Source: an uncultured Acidobacteriota bacterium (GTDB taxonomy: Bacteria > Acidobacteriota > Thermoanaerobaculia > Multivoradales > SZUA-115). From it: a stretch of 64,000 nt of DNA. Shown here piece by piece: positions 62,384-64,000 of this stretch. Where the stretch lies: contig CAWDVR010000002.1 of assembly GCA_963805975.1 (NCBI GenBank), positions 1,024,001 to 1,088,000 on the forward strand. The letters run 5' to 3'. The first letter of the stretch is position 1. Every line of letters starts with the position of its first letter. The translations under genes and the position numbers were made by a program. Below the pieces are notes generated by a model, which was given only the letters and a program-made list of their open reading frames with translations, made no database searches and was not told the DNA's origin.

Positions 62384-63018
62384 CCCGTGCAGTCGAGAGG
62401 CGGTTGCAGGCCCTTGGCCTCCTTGATGAGGGCCGCGGATTGGAGTTGGTCGCGGGGCGGGCTCCAGTCCATGTTCGTCACCTCGTCAGCGGGTCGCAGG
62501 TAGGGGTCGGGGTTGCGGTGACAGTCCAGGCACCAGCTCATGGAGAGCGGCTCGGCCTGCGCCACCTCGTCCATCTGGTCGATGCGCCCGTGACAGGTGG
62601 CGCAGCCGACCCCGGCGCGCAGGTGGGGCCGGTGGTCGAAGAACGCGAAGCCGGGCAGGTTGTGCACCCGCACCCAGCGGATCGGGCGCCCGCTGGTGGC
62701 GCTGTCGCGCACCACCGCCAGCGTCGCGGCATCGCGCTTCACCACGCGGTGGCAGTTCATGCACACCTCGGTCGGCGGCACCACCGCGACCGGCGCGCGG
62801 TCCACCGTGGCGTGGCAGTAGAGGCAGTCGATCCCGAGGTCCCCGGCGTGGAGCTTGTGGCTGTAGGCGACCGGTTGCACCGGCTGGTAGCCGACGTCGG
62901 TGTAGCGCGGGGAGAAGAAGTACCAGACCCCGGCCACCGCCAGGCCACCGACGACGACGCTCGCCGCGGCGATGCGCAGCGGCAATTCGTTGGCCCAGCG
63001 CGGGAAGATCTGCGCCAC
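62371..63018 (-). CDS. actA: Alternative complex III subunit A (pentaheme cytochrome c)
   Basis: TM helix, QPVAYSHKLHAG, five CxxCH motifs (CLYCH, CMNCH, CATCH, CLDCH, CTGCH), LSMSWC. Confidence 0.93.
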   Translation of the reverse strand: MAQIFPRWANELPLRIAAASVVVGGLAVAGVWYFFSPRYTDVGYQPVQPVAYSHKLHAGDLGIDCLYCHATVDRAPVAVVPPTEVCMNCHRVVKRDAATLAVVRDSATSGRPIRWVRVHNLPGFAFFDHRPHLRAGVGCATCHGRIDQMDEVAQAEPLSMSWCLDCHRNPDPYLRPADEVTNMDWSPPRDQLQSAALIKEAKGLQPPLDCTGCHR

Positions 63019-63128
63019 GCGCTAGCCCCACACCTGCTCGAAGAGCCGCTCGCGTGACCCCCTACAGACCATCCTCAAGGCACCTCCCCAACGAGAAGCG
63101 GCTCTTGTTCGATTCGTAAAGTCGGCGC

Positions 63129-63158
63129 AGTCTACCGTGGCGACTTCCGAGGGGTCAA
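63129..63158 (-). promoter_or_regulatory. Putative sigma70 promoter of the actA operon
   Basis: Minus-strand TTGACC (63158-63153)-N18-TAGACT (63134-63129). Confidence 0.45.
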
Positions 63159-63252
63159 GGCGATTCGGGGGCCCTCGGACGGCGCGTTCGAGGTTGCATG
63201 TACGATACGTCGGCCCGTGGTTGCTTCCCTCCTCGATCCGCAGCCTGCTCCC

Positions 63253-64000
63253 ATGAAAGACCGCCCCGGCCTGCTGCTGGTGAACCTCGGAACGCCGGAT
63301 GCTCCGCGTCCGCGCGAGGTGCGGCGCTATCTGCGCGAGTTCCTGTCCGACCCTCGCGTGATGGACGTTCCGGCGCTCACGCGTTTTCTCGTGCTCGAGC
63401 TCCTCATCCTGCCGCGCCGGCCGCGCGCCTCGGCCGCGGCCTACGCCAGGATCTGGGGCCCCGAGGGCTCACCGCTCCTCGTGCATGGCCGCGCACTGAC
63501 GGAGAAGGTCCAGGCGCGCCTGGGGGACGCCGTGCAGGTGGAGCTCGCGATGCGCTACGGCAACCCCTCGATCGCCAGCGCGCTCGACCGCTTCGAACGA
63601 GCCGGGGTGAGCCGCCTGGTCGTCTTCCCGCTCTATCCGCAGTACAGCTCCGCCGCCACCGGCTCCACGATCGAGCACGTGCTGCGGCTCGCGGGAGGGC
63701 GCTGGAACACGCCCTACCTCCAGGTCGTGCCGCCGTTCTACGACCACCCCGCCTACCTGGAAGCTCGCGCCGAGGTAGCGCGGCCATTTCTCGCGCCGCT
63801 GCCCGAGCGCGTCTTCATGAGCTTCCACGGCCTGCCCGAGCGCCAGATTCGGAAGAGCGATCCCACCGGTGGCCATTGCCTGGCACGCCCCGACTGCTGT
63901 GCCGAGGTCGGGGCGAGGAACCGCTCCTGCTATCGCGCGCAGTGCCACGCCGCGGCACGATTGCTGGCGGGGCGGCTCGCGATCCCCGCGGAGCGCGTCG
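63253..64000 (+). CDS. hemH: Ferrochelatase; truncated at window edge
   Basis: Hand translation: LLLVNLGTPD..VRRYLREFLSDPRV..GSPL..AMRYGNPSI..PLYPQYS..SFHGLP. Confidence 0.94.
   Translation, partial: MKDRPGLLLVNLGTPDAPRPREVRRYLREFLSDPRVMDVPALTRFLVLELLILPRRPRASAAAYARIWGPEGSPLLVHGRALTEKVQARLGDAVQVELAMRYGNPSIASALDRFERAGVSRLVVFPLYPQYSSAATGSTIEHVLRLAGGRWNTPYLQVVPPFYDHPAYLEARAEVARPFLAPLPERVFMSFHGLPERQIRKSDPTGGHCLARPDCCAEVGARNRSCYRAQCHAAARLLAGRLAIPAERV

Overview
Very GC-rich bacterial DNA, probably Acidobacteriota (inferred from a PadR-ADOP permease cassette and the ACIII/cox gene content). It carries about 18 single-base frameshifts that look like long-read consensus errors, so many genes had to be reassembled across frames. 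Block 1 (1-9.7 kb, minus strand) is a compact extracellular contractile injection system (eCIS)-like operon running off the left edge. Its baseplate-J is fused to a beta-propeller, and one of its proteins is built from in-frame REP-like palindromes. Block 2 (9.8-22 kb) holds hicAB, a hydrolase, an adaptor plus two RND pumps, and fadJ. Block 3 (22-64 kb) is a heme and respiration supercluster: DUF420/sco/ctaB, hemA-L-(C/D)-B-E-N, actCDF plus an A1-type heme-copper oxidase whose K-channel lysine is replaced, and a convergent operon with actABE, a CydA-like (bd-like) oxidase without cydB, and three c-type cytochrome genes. That operon continues into a module with five PCP_red (BchB C-terminal-like) domains spread over a tandem-USP protein, a zinc-ribbon protein and an AhbD/NirJ-like radical SAM enzyme, together with an Mrp ATPase. 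hemH starts at the right edge. The best candidate for an undescribed system is the split ACIII plus bd-like oxidase and its PCP_red/Mrp/radical-SAM module. All family calls come from motif recognition by eye; no searches were run.
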